A stretch of DNA of 42,984 nt. Source: an uncultured bacterium (GTDB lineage: Bacteria > Verrucomicrobiota > Verrucomicrobiia > Verrucomicrobiales > DEV007). The stretch is from the NCBI GenBank assembly GCA_963977015.1, contig CAXBMO010000037.1, forward strand, positions 1 through 42,984. Direction: 5' to 3'. Positions 18,201 through 24,454 of this stretch are shown piece after piece. Under the pieces are notes generated by a model that made no database searches, was not told where the DNA came from, and saw nothing but the letters and a program-made list of their open reading frames with translations. Position 1 is the first letter of the stretch, and each line of letters begins with the position of its first letter. Made by a program: the position numbers and the translations under genes.

Positions 18201-19882
18201 CCGTCACGATGAGCGAAGACGGCTTGCCCACGGCGTTTGTCGCACCGGCCATTTCGGCGACCGATGTGGATGGTGACACTCTCACCTGGTCGGTCGCCAG
18301 TGGAGGCGACGCGAGTCACGGTACGCTTTCGGTCTCCGGCAGCGGTGCCGTCCCGACCATCAGCTATGTGCCCGATGCCGACTTCAGCGGCAGCGACCGC
18401 TTCACCGTCCAGGTTTCCGATGGGACGCTGACCGACACCATCGTGGTCGATGTGACCGTCGATCCAGTCGCCGGCACTGGCGTTCTGGCGCTCGCCTCGC
18501 CAGCGATCGACCCCACGGTCGGAGTGACCGAAGATCTCGGGCTCAGTTTCACTGCGGGCGATCCCACTGATCCCTCCGAAGTAGTCACCGTCACCATCAC
18601 CGGTATCCCCGCTGGAAGCGGGATCGCTTTCGCCGACCCGACCCTGTTCACTGGGGCCGAGCAAGACGGCGGCCCGGTGGCGAGCGGGGATGTCTCCGAT
18701 GGGACGCCGCTGGTGTTGACCCAGGATCAGGCGCGATTCGCCACGGCCACGGATCTCGGAGTTTCGCTCGAGTTCGGCGCCGCTGTCAGCGACCTCAACC
18801 TCGACATTACCTGGCGGGCCGTCGATGGCGCGAGTTCGCAGAATGGGACGCTGAGCCTGACCGCGAACGCGACGGTGCCGCCCAGCTCAGGCGGTCAGGC
18901 GCCTGCCCGGCAGCAAACGATAGTGGTGGTCGGGAATACGCCCACGGGAACCGTGACCGGCACCCAGAAAGTGGCCGAAGAACTGGCCCCAGCCGACCTA
19001 GTGGACGACGCCGTCGTGGCCCTGAACGAGATCGTTTCGCTGTTCAATGTTTTCCAAAGCAACTCGGCGAATTTCGGCTCCGGGGGAAGCTTCGTTGGGC
19101 GGCTGGCGGCCACGCCGCAGATCGTCGTTTCGAGCATCAGTCCGCTCGTCGCAGCTGACGGAACCCAGCAGAGCGGAGGGGTGGAGCTGACTTTTGCCGG
19201 GATCGATTCGGGCGGCCAGAGCACCTCCGTCCAGGGGCGGTTCAATCCGCTCTCCGGAGGGAGCGGTGGATTCGTCTTCCAGAACCAGGCCGGTCAATCC
19301 CTGACCATCGCCGAAGTCTACTATGCCCTCTGGCGGCCCAGCCTCGACGGTGAGCTGGACATTTACCGAAGCGTCTTCGGTGGTGTGGAAGGCGACGAAG
19401 ATGAAAACGGGAGCTTCGTTCCCGGGCCCACAGCTGACGTCACAGGGGGCGAGGGCCTCAATGTGGCCGCTGTGGAGAAAGCCGATCTCCCGCCGGAACT
19501 GCTCCGGTTGCTAAACGCGACCTCAGATTCCTCGCCGACACCGATCTTTGCGGGCGCCGAAGTGGATGCGGTTTCCGGCGCGGCAATCCCGGTTTTGGCC
19601 GGGGTCGGTCAGCCCAACGAACGGTTGGCCGTGGTCGTTTCCAGATCCGGTGAAAATGCGGAAACTCGGGAAGTGGATGTCGATGTATCCGGAAACTGGA
19701 CTTTGCCGCTCGACGCGACCACCCCGATGGATGGCGTCATTCTCGTTCAAGTCGGCGGACAAGCGTTCGAGCCCATCGACTTGGCCAGCATTCAGGATGC
19801 CCTCAACCAGGAAGTAATTGAAGGGCGCGAATGCGCCTATGTCGGTTACTCCGTGTCCCCCCTTGCTCCAAATTTGGGGTAA
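6296..19882 (+). CDS. Giant (4528 aa) LEPR-XLL surface/adhesin-like protein: metzincin-like motif, autotransporter-associated beta-strand repeats, cadherin-like, PKD, 2x LamG, 2x Calx-beta, VCBS and Ig-like repeats
   Basis: N-terminal FETLEPRVLYSA; HEQGHILGLPD; repeats such as KVGTGTLTLSGANTYTG and KTGEGTAILSGANTYTG; cadherin-like FSSADFGFTD and APTDITLSNSAIAEN; PKD IYWGDG/IDWGDG; LamG DGTWHHVAFV/DGEWHHVAYV; Calx-beta EGDAGTTNFTFAVTR..E.DE.F.V.LS; VCBS GNVLANDSDPEGD..YGTLQLQSDGSYTYTLND. Confidence 0.92.
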   Translation: MKQETPKPENQKKPGLLDRILGKSGPDAQGKRTLMFETLEPRVLYSAAPVEAAPEAEDAGPADTIEVAAAASEQVAPTPSMANEDPSALVTDVNGMELAVSEVGVDSDVIVLLDDNAAEDGEQAALATAPPEQTVTLSTVDLEPLVQESVARWQSTGLTDEQLTALMNATYQIVDLGGNYLGATEGSRISIDDDAAGIGWFVDLTPDQDEEFTLAAGVDSQMIANLDSAARERIDLLSILMHEQGHILGLPDVSEAQRDLMFAWFGEGERRLPAEGQAEGSEPGSLEGVHYATVPVYTAAVADGTIDGSALTVVTNWGDNPVSYGAWSYFNNNITLSPNADGTILFRGNWTATRAFGVALDATASGLDLQNGTEYTLRFDVTGHTGAAIDAAGAFVQQGGAGPQIDFTSGDTGTVEPTSNTEYLLQNFAQSDSVAITGDGSLTIPFIYDSSNPTVAILFSQDDNTSGTSEFYLSNIRITEEVTLNTDPYVVTNNPIKTVANTAGNTLRAFELEHRDDDTAASGLTYTVSNLTGGVVVNLNGSSTTTFTQADLNNGLVSVDAGSASGSFDFSVSDGGANPASGTFNVTVETTPTIVYVDSSFAGSGQVDGDQEAVGSQSAVIGTNAFDTIAAAVGALETSQDGTIIINSGSYGDIDLPALKTAAGHTGNLSLVFVEGDSTLGSLITGAGDSVVLGGIDANHPTAVTLMTGNAGDQNIVGVISGTGGITKVGTGTLTLSGANTYTGQTTVSAGVLQMGHDDAFGAASEGTTVASGAALDLNGHQTFDTVTVSGHGTGETDRGALYTTVYGGNHGLQSVILTGDTSIGNGGGLRFDIKGGITSDGGPWALTKVGNNFIGVSGAPELQKLIIDSGEWGMASNNGFSNVTNQDVQVNANGVLAIYRNKDFSANITLNDGGKILNNQGNDANDRTTNINGTITLVGSGNEIEAQKGSGAGTVSININAIISGSGEIESMGTGTVTLTTLNTHTGETTVSAGTLILLNATGTSLASHLNVTGGTVRLAAAGQFANTASVNIASAGIVDMNGFDGTVTGLQFDSGSAKAEGTYGSTGSAAVTEQNDTYFAAGSTGVLTVDDVVAPTLDSTDIVDDAGGADVAPNVPVTYTVTFSEDIDHTSVGTGDFSNAGTAAISVDSVVERATPGVFTVVVTASTSGTLRLQVPVGATINDVAGNALDSDPAIADDTTINVVPIETTVALVNDQIVITDVNGANSDDNLTIVQGGGFITISDAGLTVGAGAGFTQVDSNTVRIAEGSVTKGIVFDGEGGTDTVTIGSDFNLGSGPLSLVAETVNIAGTITTSGAVSLTADTLDFTNTADIIFAHKLTGTNAVVQSGSGTTTLTSNDNDYTGGTTIAAGNLTIGDGSTGWITGDVVNHGTLTFQRNDDVTFGGQISGTGNLVHAGMNDKGNWQGGARLELTGDNSGFTGDTSLGADSEILISHANALGSDGTISFTGDDSVIRVAAGITTNSGVDLSYDGAGSRKQFIVEGAGTATWAGGISTTSTNGGDGWRTRFTANSGQILNITGTISDGAGAGQKTGYGLTGSGLIVIAGAGVNSSSGLIYTYSGSTSQLTKDSALGTSVINNIGGFLELADGVTIANDITVDERINSDFGISVADGNSATYTGNVTLQEYAETFDFNVGTGAALTVSGEISGALYDSPHDSPDGGLLQVTGIQKTGEGTAILSGANTYTGATAVNAGILQVNGDQSAATGALTIAPGATLGGTGIVGGAVTSTEGTIDPGVTTGDLGVGNLSLTGTSTYKVQLAGTTPGEGANTHDQLGVTGTVDVTGAKLEITLGFTPSVNDQFVIIDNDDVDPVTGEFAGLADKSEFLSGNHWFRINYGPDTGNNDVVLTYLGENAAPEGTDRGIVINEDTSHTFSSADFGFTDANSGDALKAVRIDTQTLTAGSTLELSNLAVIDGQVIAAPEIGNLVYTPAPNSNGTALASFTFSVQDSADVFDATPNTITIDVVSVGDAPAGADKTLTMNQDSTLTLTAADFGFSDPDDSPADNFAGVTITALPAAGTLKLDGVAVSAGDFVTAADVNASKLTFDPATGEHGDGYSSFTFQIQDDGGYGETSGIVPITGLTTAEGFVFGDRNQTGTQTLTSFTDASGTYTSLSFATALSEATGSTILYGSGSTAPGTTSEALTDDRLDTGALSVSDSVVLQFGETLESTDKIFAFFNYSEAPATIQAYSGTTPLGTPTNVGSNYQFVGSMNLERVGNSVLNNRELYGFAIEAGDLDLGGADVSTITGIRLVGPANEDYNLIGFGSVAPSENQDATPNTITIDVDATGPSNVAFTLDTTSTTEGTSISLNGSFTKGLSDSHVVTIYWGDGTSDVQTVTGGAEVFAGSHAYGRDGEFEVSVAVSDSTLASGLVGLWNFDDGAVTDQSTVGNTGSGGTIAAGDTPFGDAGQAFTDGVVTISNSPELEAMDDQMTIGFWIKADQGATDWSRIAVKAGGGSGFHIGKYSNTDDINIRVDTDGQGNQNKLVGTDNTLDGTWHHVAFVLDNGNARQYLDGVLIESGTYNHGSGFGNSGSLILGHAGLEGAMDDVAVWNRMLTDAEITQLGQTTGTGAARESANGPLVIQATTSAAQTVQVSDAAPVITDLTVTQDNATDATLTATFTDPGTLDQHKAVIDWGDGTALEEVDITIGDRSLTLTHTYASPGTHNISLLILDRLGDDVVALYTFDGANLGEDTSGNSNNGTVGSGITASVDTPDALSGSSFAGSGASGANGYIQVASSASLEASDDELTVAFWLKADAGDNADWFRLMLKGSENTGVESWIINRNSSANDILFRTDTVGTGGTGNQNKHGGTGPVLDGEWHHVAYVLNSGSTKEYVDGQLVSSTTYPHGEGLSNTLPLFIGGGGTNNLVGNLDDLIIYSRALTDVGIASLSANAAAQYVNARDTETATLTFNFAPTDITLSNSAIAENTAADTVVGTLTATDANSGDTHTFALATGDGTNDADNGKFTLVNGNELQLNESPDFETQGSYRVYVETTDAAGAKFAKGFTIMVSDAAASFTIAADDADKAEGDAGTTNFTFAVTRGGDTTGVATVEYAVTSVLADANDFGGSLPGGTLTFADGELVKTLNIAVSGDPAVELDEPFTVTLSDTAMDDTITIGSPNSADGTIRDDDALPASVTIEDVVVSEDGTSATFTATLDQQVAGGFTVEVSTADSSAEAGSDYTALSSHVLTFAGNAGEKQTFIVAIANDTEIEGDETFQISMANASNAAVIITDTATGTIDDNDTSENANLVLTIPGSGNGTATLGSATNDGDSATIALNTATVTQAGDDVTFNPGTDFDFLKPGDSATVNVAYTLAPAGNLRVDFGTSATSLVQADYQAYTATHEQGATFTTQSFSGFGTTISVTPTWSADAVDAAKQMFGNRGDTITDDAYDNLLIDWIGTDTRNGSSSDDPDPLTITLSGVPAGTYSWLSYHHDSNNQKGTFDVAVNDASGSNVTQGVESTKFNADGVTTLAAAGKFETTITSNGVDDITIEFDLQTGTWFVMNSFAMEAVTETLTITVKGENDAPVTVADTDSVTETADAVSNPQAAGNVLANDSDPEGDTLAVLNPGTQVGNYGTLQLQSDGSYTYTLNDANAQVDGLSAGEDHKDTFTYQVSEGASAQWNFTGGVSGATTQGTGYSVSAISNEGGLTVFNPNASDGYPSAPVLHVNPPNGSASLDAAVTANSYFEFTVTPDSTVNLESLGFDVARGGGSSPRGWGIRSSLDNYTTTIDTADVPTVRTNFTSVAVDLSGPDYQNLSSPVTFRVYVYAPTSGNSLEFDNITLNTKAAESTLEITIDGSNDAPVVAATADTNLNETTDTSDITGTITVNFSDVDLTDNGHAATITAASASGVTGGLALNEAALRGLISVDSTSKNGGESIGSAALSFAAASSAFDYLAAGEQVTITYTVQVNDGDVAATNTFNVVINGTNDGPDIAQTGTLTVTMSEDGLPTAFVAPAISATDVDGDTLTWSVASGGDASHGTLSVSGSGAVPTISYVPDADFSGSDRFTVQVSDGTLTDTIVVDVTVDPVAGTGVLALASPAIDPTVGVTEDLGLSFTAGDPTDPSEVVTVTITGIPAGSGIAFADPTLFTGAEQDGGPVASGDVSDGTPLVLTQDQARFATATDLGVSLEFGAAVSDLNLDITWRAVDGASSQNGTLSLTANATVPPSSGGQAPARQQTIVVVGNTPTGTVTGTQKVAEELAPADLVDDAVVALNEIVSLFNVFQSNSANFGSGGSFVGRLAATPQIVVSSISPLVAADGTQQSGGVELTFAGIDSGGQSTSVQGRFNPLSGGSGGFVFQNQAGQSLTIAEVYYALWRPSLDGELDIYRSVFGGVEGDEDENGSFVPGPTADVTGGEGLNVAAVEKADLPPELLRLLNATSDSSPTPIFAGAEVDAVSGAAIPVLAGVGQPNERLAVVVSRSGENAETREVDVDVSGNWTLPLDATTPMDGVILVQVGGQAFEPIDLASIQDALNQEVIEGRECAYVGYSVSPLAPNLG
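12221..13206 (+). repeat. 26-bp exact direct repeat GATGCAACGCCGAACACGATCACGAT (12221-12246 and 13181-13206) within the giant gene
   Basis: Read directly from the sequence; both copies encode DATPNTITI(DV), the last strand of two consecutive cadherin-like repeats. Confidence 0.9.
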
Positions 19883-19912
19883 GCGCTGGGGATGAGAGTC
19901 TCGCTACTCAAT

Positions 19913-19984
19913 CGAACGAAAACGGAACCTGGTTTCGCCTGAGTGACCACGAATCGTCTACGGCCTCGTTTTCGTTTTCGTTCG
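19913..19984. repeat. Inverted repeat downstream of the giant gene (possible terminator or REP-like palindrome)
   Basis: CGAACGAAAACG (19913-19924) is the exact reverse complement of CGTTTTCGTTCG (19973-19984); GATTTTT follows. Confidence 0.55.
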
Positions 19985-20049
19985 GATTTTTGAAGAACTC
20001 GTGAGTGGGGCGATTGCATCTTCTTTTTGTCTGTGCCCAAGTGGTAACC

Positions 20050-22440
20050 ATGACCATTCGTTTCCTTTGTTGTTTTCTGTTGCTGGCCGGAACTGCGTTG
20101 TCCCAAGTTTCCCGGCCCTGGGATTCCGAAGAGAAGTGGGGGGCGGCAATTGCGGGATTCGAGAAGAAGGATCGTCAACAGGCGCCGGCAAAGGACTCGA
20201 TTCTCTTTGTTGGCAGTTCGAGCATCAGGATGTGGAAGCTGGAAGAGTCGTGGCCGGACCGATCCACGATCAATCGCGGTTTCGGCGGGTCGACGATTGC
20301 CGATTCGATCCATTTTTTTGACCGGATCATCGCCCCCTACAAACCGAAGGCGATCGTCGTCTATGCCGGAGACAATGATATTTCCAAAGGGCTTTCCGTT
20401 GATCAAGTCGTTGAGGATTACGAAACGCTGATTGGCCTTGTGGACAAGAAACTGCCGGGAACGCCGGTCATTTATGTCGCGATCAAACCCAGCCTTAGCC
20501 GTTGGAACATGTGGCCCACGATGAAAGCGGCGAATGACAAGATCGCGGAGTTTTGTGCCAAAAACGACCACCTCTTCTTTGCTGATATCGCCAAACCGAT
20601 GTTGGCAAATGCGAAAGGAACGCCGCGGCCCGATTGGTTTGCCGGGGATGGACTCCACTTGAATGGCGCGGGATACAAGGGCTGGAAAGCGGTGGTCGAT
20701 AGGCAGATTCGCCTCGCGCTGAATGAGCCAACGCAACCCAATGTGATCGTGATTTTGACCGACGACCAAGGCTGGGGCGATGTCAGCCTCAACGGAAATA
20801 AGAACCTCAACACGCCCAATATCGACTCGCTGGCCCGGGAGGGCGCCAGTTTCGAGCGGTTCTATGTTTGCCCGGTCTGTTCACCGACGCGGGCCGAGTT
20901 CCTCACGGGACGTTACCATCCTCGGGGAGGGGTGTATTCGACATCCGCCGGTGGCGAGCGCCTCGATCTCGACGAGCGGACCATCGCCGACATCTTTCAG
21001 CAGGCCGACTATGCGACGGGGGCCTTTGGGAAATGGCACAACGGCATGCAATACCCTTATCATCCCAACGGGCGCGGGTTTGACGCGTTCTACGGTTTTT
21101 GCTCAGGACATTGGGGAGACTACTTCAGCCCGATGCTGGAGCATAACGGTGAGGTTGTGCAGGGGGAAGGCTTTGTGATCGATGACTTCACGGATCAGGC
21201 CATGAAGTTCATTGAATCGAGCGGTGATCAACCCTTCTTCGTCTATCTTCCCTACAACACCCCGCATTCTCCGATGCAGGTGCCCGACGAGTATTGGGAG
21301 CGCTTCAAGGACAAGGAGCTGACGATGCATCATTTCTCCAACAAAGAGAACGACCTGCATCTCCGCGCCGCCCTTGCCATGTGCGAGAACATCGACTGGA
21401 ATGTGGGAAGGATCCTCAAGAAGCTCGACCAACTTGGCATCGCCGAGGACACGATCATTGCTTACTTTCACGACAACGGGCCGAACGGCGTGCGTTGGAA
21501 TGGCGGTTTCAAAGGTCGAAAAGGATCGACGGACGAAGGTGGGGTTCGTTCTCCGCTACTCTTGCGCTGGAAGGGCACGATCCCGGCTGGGAAAGTTGTT
21601 CCGCAAATGGGCGCGGCGATCGATCTTCTCCCCACCTTGACCGATCTTGCCGGAGTCACGACCCCGACCGACCGTCCTCTGGATGGCATGAGTCTCAAAC
21701 CCGTGATTCTTGGTGAACCCAAGGACTGGGGAGACCGGATTGTGTTCACCCATTGGAAAACCCGCATCAGCCTTCGCACAGAGCGGTTCTGCCTCGATGA
21801 GAAAGGAAATCTTTTCGACCTGAGCAAGGATCCCGGTCAAAAGAACGACGTGGCTGGTGAATTTCCCGATCTCGCGGCAACCCTGCGCAATGCTGCCGAA
21901 CTTTGGCGCAAGGACCTTCTTCCCGGGTTGGAAGATGACACTCGCCCCTTCGTCATTGGGCACCCGGGTTCGGCGATCACGCATGTCCCGGCCCGCGACG
22001 GGATTGCCCATGGCGGGATCAAACGTTCCAACCGCTTTCCCAACGACTCCTTCTTCCAAAATTGGACCAGCACGGATGGCAAAATCACCTGGACGGCCGA
22101 AGTCGGTGCGACAGCCGATTACGAAGTCGAGCTCCATTACACCTGCCCCGCCGGCTCGACCGGTTCGACGCTTGAACTCAGCTTTAACGAGTCAACCCTC
22201 ACCGGGAATGTCTCGGAAGCGCACGATTCCCCCCTTCTTGGCGCGAAAGACGATCGCTCACCGCGAATGGAGTCCTACACCAAGGATTGGCACCGCATGA
22301 AGCTCGGCACGATTCGGTTGGAGAAAGGAAAGGGAGAATTGACGCTACGAGCGTTGAAGGTTCCGAAAGGCGAAGTCATGGACTTTCGCCTCATGGTTCT
22401 AAGGCGCGTTGCCGATGTCGACGTTGCCCTTGTCCATTAG
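20050..22440 (+). CDS. Secreted SGNH/GDSL esterase - S1 sulfatase fusion with C-terminal beta-sandwich (CBM-like) domain
   Basis: Signal peptide [22 protein letters not shown] blocks [25 protein letters not shown]; then [30 protein letters not shown]-terminal galactose-binding-like WTAEV...YEVELHY domain. Confidence 0.9.
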   Translation: MTIRFLCCFLLLAGTALSQVSRPWDSEEKWGAAIAGFEKKDRQQAPAKDSILFVGSSSIRMWKLEESWPDRSTINRGFGGSTIADSIHFFDRIIAPYKPKAIVVYAGDNDISKGLSVDQVVEDYETLIGLVDKKLPGTPVIYVAIKPSLSRWNMWPTMKAANDKIAEFCAKNDHLFFADIAKPMLANAKGTPRPDWFAGDGLHLNGAGYKGWKAVVDRQIRLALNEPTQPNVIVILTDDQGWGDVSLNGNKNLNTPNIDSLAREGASFERFYVCPVCSPTRAEFLTGRYHPRGGVYSTSAGGERLDLDERTIADIFQQADYATGAFGKWHNGMQYPYHPNGRGFDAFYGFCSGHWGDYFSPMLEHNGEVVQGEGFVIDDFTDQAMKFIESSGDQPFFVYLPYNTPHSPMQVPDEYWERFKDKELTMHHFSNKENDLHLRAALAMCENIDWNVGRILKKLDQLGIAEDTIIAYFHDNGPNGVRWNGGFKGRKGSTDEGGVRSPLLLRWKGTIPAGKVVPQMGAAIDLLPTLTDLAGVTTPTDRPLDGMSLKPVILGEPKDWGDRIVFTHWKTRISLRTERFCLDEKGNLFDLSKDPGQKNDVAGEFPDLAATLRNAAELWRKDLLPGLEDDTRPFVIGHPGSAITHVPARDGIAHGGIKRSNRFPNDSFFQNWTSTDGKITWTAEVGATADYEVELHYTCPAGSTGSTLELSFNESTLTGNVSEAHDSPLLGAKDDRSPRMESYTKDWHRMKLGTIRLEKGKGELTLRALKVPKGEVMDFRLMVLRRVADVDVALVH

Positions 22441-22465
22441 CGCTGGAGCGAGGCAGGATTTCGTT

Positions 22466-23197
22466 TCAGTGTGAACCGTCTTTGGCTGACCGAAGGAGCC
22501 GTTGAAGCTGGGCCGGAAAGGTATCGCCTTCTGAGGTGCCTGCCCCATGCATGCTTGAGCCATGGGTGATGCTGTCTCCAAAGCAGACAAGCCTTTCAGG
22601 GTGAAGTTGGTGCGTGACGATTGCCTTGTGAACCAAGCTGGCGAGAAGCCGGTATCCTTCGGCGGTTGGATGAACACCATCCTTCGATCCGCTGTTTTGG
22701 GGATTGCGAATGACACTTTCCGTTCCGAGATGAACCTGCCCGGTTTCGGTAAGCCAGGAATGGAAATCAACGAAGGGGATTTTTTCGTCATGGCAGAATT
22801 GCTTGAGGGCCGTTGCCGTTGATCTGAGGCGCTCTTCCGGAGGTTGGTCGCCGTAGGCTTTCACCTCATGCCGGGTCAACAGGAGGGAGGTAATACATGG
22901 TGGAGGAGAAATGAGAATGACCGTTGCTCCTCCTTCTTGAATCCGCTGAACGAGCGTTTGCTGGTTTGCCAGATAGTCTGGGAGAGTCACCAGCTTCTTC
23001 GAGTTGATTCGATCATTGGTCCCAGCCAGCACAACAACGACGTCAGGCTGGAGGGCCAGGACATCGCCATCAAGTCGCTTGAGAAGATCGCGCGTTGAGT
23101 TTCCGGGGACTCCTTCGTTGAAGACGTCGATCGCTGGACTTGGAACAATTGCCGCAAACAGAAGAATGGTGATGAGAAATGGGGTTTGGAAATGCAT
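22466..23197 (-). CDS. Secreted SGNH/GDSL hydrolase with circularly permuted block order
   Basis: Signal peptide, then block II (VFNEGVPGNS), block III (LAGTND), block V (DGVHP), and finally block I (LVCFGDSIT) near the C-terminus. Confidence 0.88.
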   Translation of the reverse strand: MHFQTPFLITILLFAAIVPSPAIDVFNEGVPGNSTRDLLKRLDGDVLALQPDVVVVLAGTNDRINSKKLVTLPDYLANQQTLVQRIQEGGATVILISPPPCITSLLLTRHEVKAYGDQPPEERLRSTATALKQFCHDEKIPFVDFHSWLTETGQVHLGTESVIRNPQNSGSKDGVHPTAEGYRLLASLVHKAIVTHQLHPERLVCFGDSITHGSSMHGAGTSEGDTFPAQLQRLLRSAKDGSH

Positions 23198-23270
23198 GGG
23201 TTAGGAATTTGGGGCGGAACAACGTCGTAAACGTGGGGATGTGCATTCAATTTTCGGGGCCACCTTTCGA

Positions 23271-24182
23271 TTACGCCTTTCGTGCGGAGACCCGCCAGAT
23301 CGCGCCGAGGATGAGAACGGCTCCGATGGCTTGAAGAAGGGCGAATTTCTCGTCAAAGAAAAGGATGCCGCCAAGTGTGGTGAGCACGGGCCAGAGCATT
23401 TGCAATGATCCGCCGGTGCTGACGCTGAGGAAGCGATAACCCTGGTTCATGGCCAGTTGTCCGTAGCCTGCGACCGTGCCGGCGAGGGTGAGCAAGAGGA
23501 CGTCGCTCAAGTCCAGGTCTGGCAATTCCTTGCCCGTGAAGATGAGCATGGGGAGAAAGATCCAGACGCACTGGGCCAGGTAGATGGTGCCGACGGAGTG
23601 ATCCTTGACCAGCTGGCGGATCAGGATGACGGACCAGGCTGCGGTGAGCGCGCCGACTAACGCAACAAGCTCGTTCCAACCGACCGAGAAACCGCTTCCG
23701 TCGAGGCTCGGTCCGGTGAGGAGGACGATGCCGACGAAGGCGAGTGTAAGCCAGAGAAAACGCCGTGGCGTCAACGACTCGCCAAGGCAGAGCGCGGCGA
23801 GGAGAGCGGCAAAGACGACGTAGGTGTTGCAGATGAGGGTGGCTTTGCCGGCACCGAGCGTAGGGACGGTCCAGTAATAGGCTGCCGTGCCGAGCAAGCC
23901 GGAGAGGCCGCGCAGGAAGAGGCGGCGCTCGGTGAAGACGGGACGGATGCGAGTGGGGCGCTTGCCGCGAAAGAAGGCGAGGACGATGATCATGCCAACC
24001 CCGGCGCGAAAGAGGAGGGGAAGCGATGCGGAGATGGGGCGATCGCTGGAGCCCAGGTATTTCAGGAGCAGGGAATTGAGTGTGAAGCCAAGGACGGAGA
24101 GCAACATCACGACAATGCCGTGCCGGGTGGACTCGGAGGTCGACGGTGGGGGCGCCGGGGTGGATTCAGTGAGCATTTTCAT
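23271..24182 (-). CDS. DMT/EamA-family transporter (two EamA repeats)
   Basis: About 10 hydrophobic segments; LFRAGVG, LFLRGLSG, LGESL and FFDEK repeat-end motifs. Confidence 0.9.
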   Translation of the reverse strand: MKMLTESTPAPPPSTSESTRHGIVVMLLSVLGFTLNSLLLKYLGSSDRPISASLPLLFRAGVGMIIVLAFFRGKRPTRIRPVFTERRLFLRGLSGLLGTAAYYWTVPTLGAGKATLICNTYVVFAALLAALCLGESLTPRRFLWLTLAFVGIVLLTGPSLDGSGFSVGWNELVALVGALTAAWSVILIRQLVKDHSVGTIYLAQCVWIFLPMLIFTGKELPDLDLSDVLLLTLAGTVAGYGQLAMNQGYRFLSVSTGGSLQMLWPVLTTLGGILFFDEKFALLQAIGAVLILGAIWRVSARKA

Positions 24183-24454
24183 CGGAGTGAGAAGCGCGAC
24201 TTCCTGAAGTCGGGCTCGAAAAAATGCTAACTAATTGGCAGTAACAAAAACGATGGAGCGAGTGACCTCAGGGACGCGAATTCAGGCAATGCGAATTCGA
24301 AACCAGACGACGCGGACGGCGTCGGCCAGTTTAACGATTGCAATGCTGAACGGTGAGGTCATTCGTTTTTGGAAGGCGCTCAGTTTGGAGTCAATTGGTG
24401 AAATAGCAAGGACGATGGTGAATCGTCAGGCAATCCCCGGATGGTGCGATGGCT

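Noticed and set aside
18850-19882. Autotransporter beta-barrel, RTX or PEP-CTERM sorting signal at the end of the giant protein
   Set aside because: There are no amphipathic barrel strands with a terminal aromatic residue, no GGxGxDxL nonapeptides, and no VPEP-TM-basic tail.
24183-24454. attR copy of the tRNA-Pro 3' end at the GC transition
   Set aside because: No match to TTCGAATCCTGTCACCCCG beyond a chance TTCGAA was seen.
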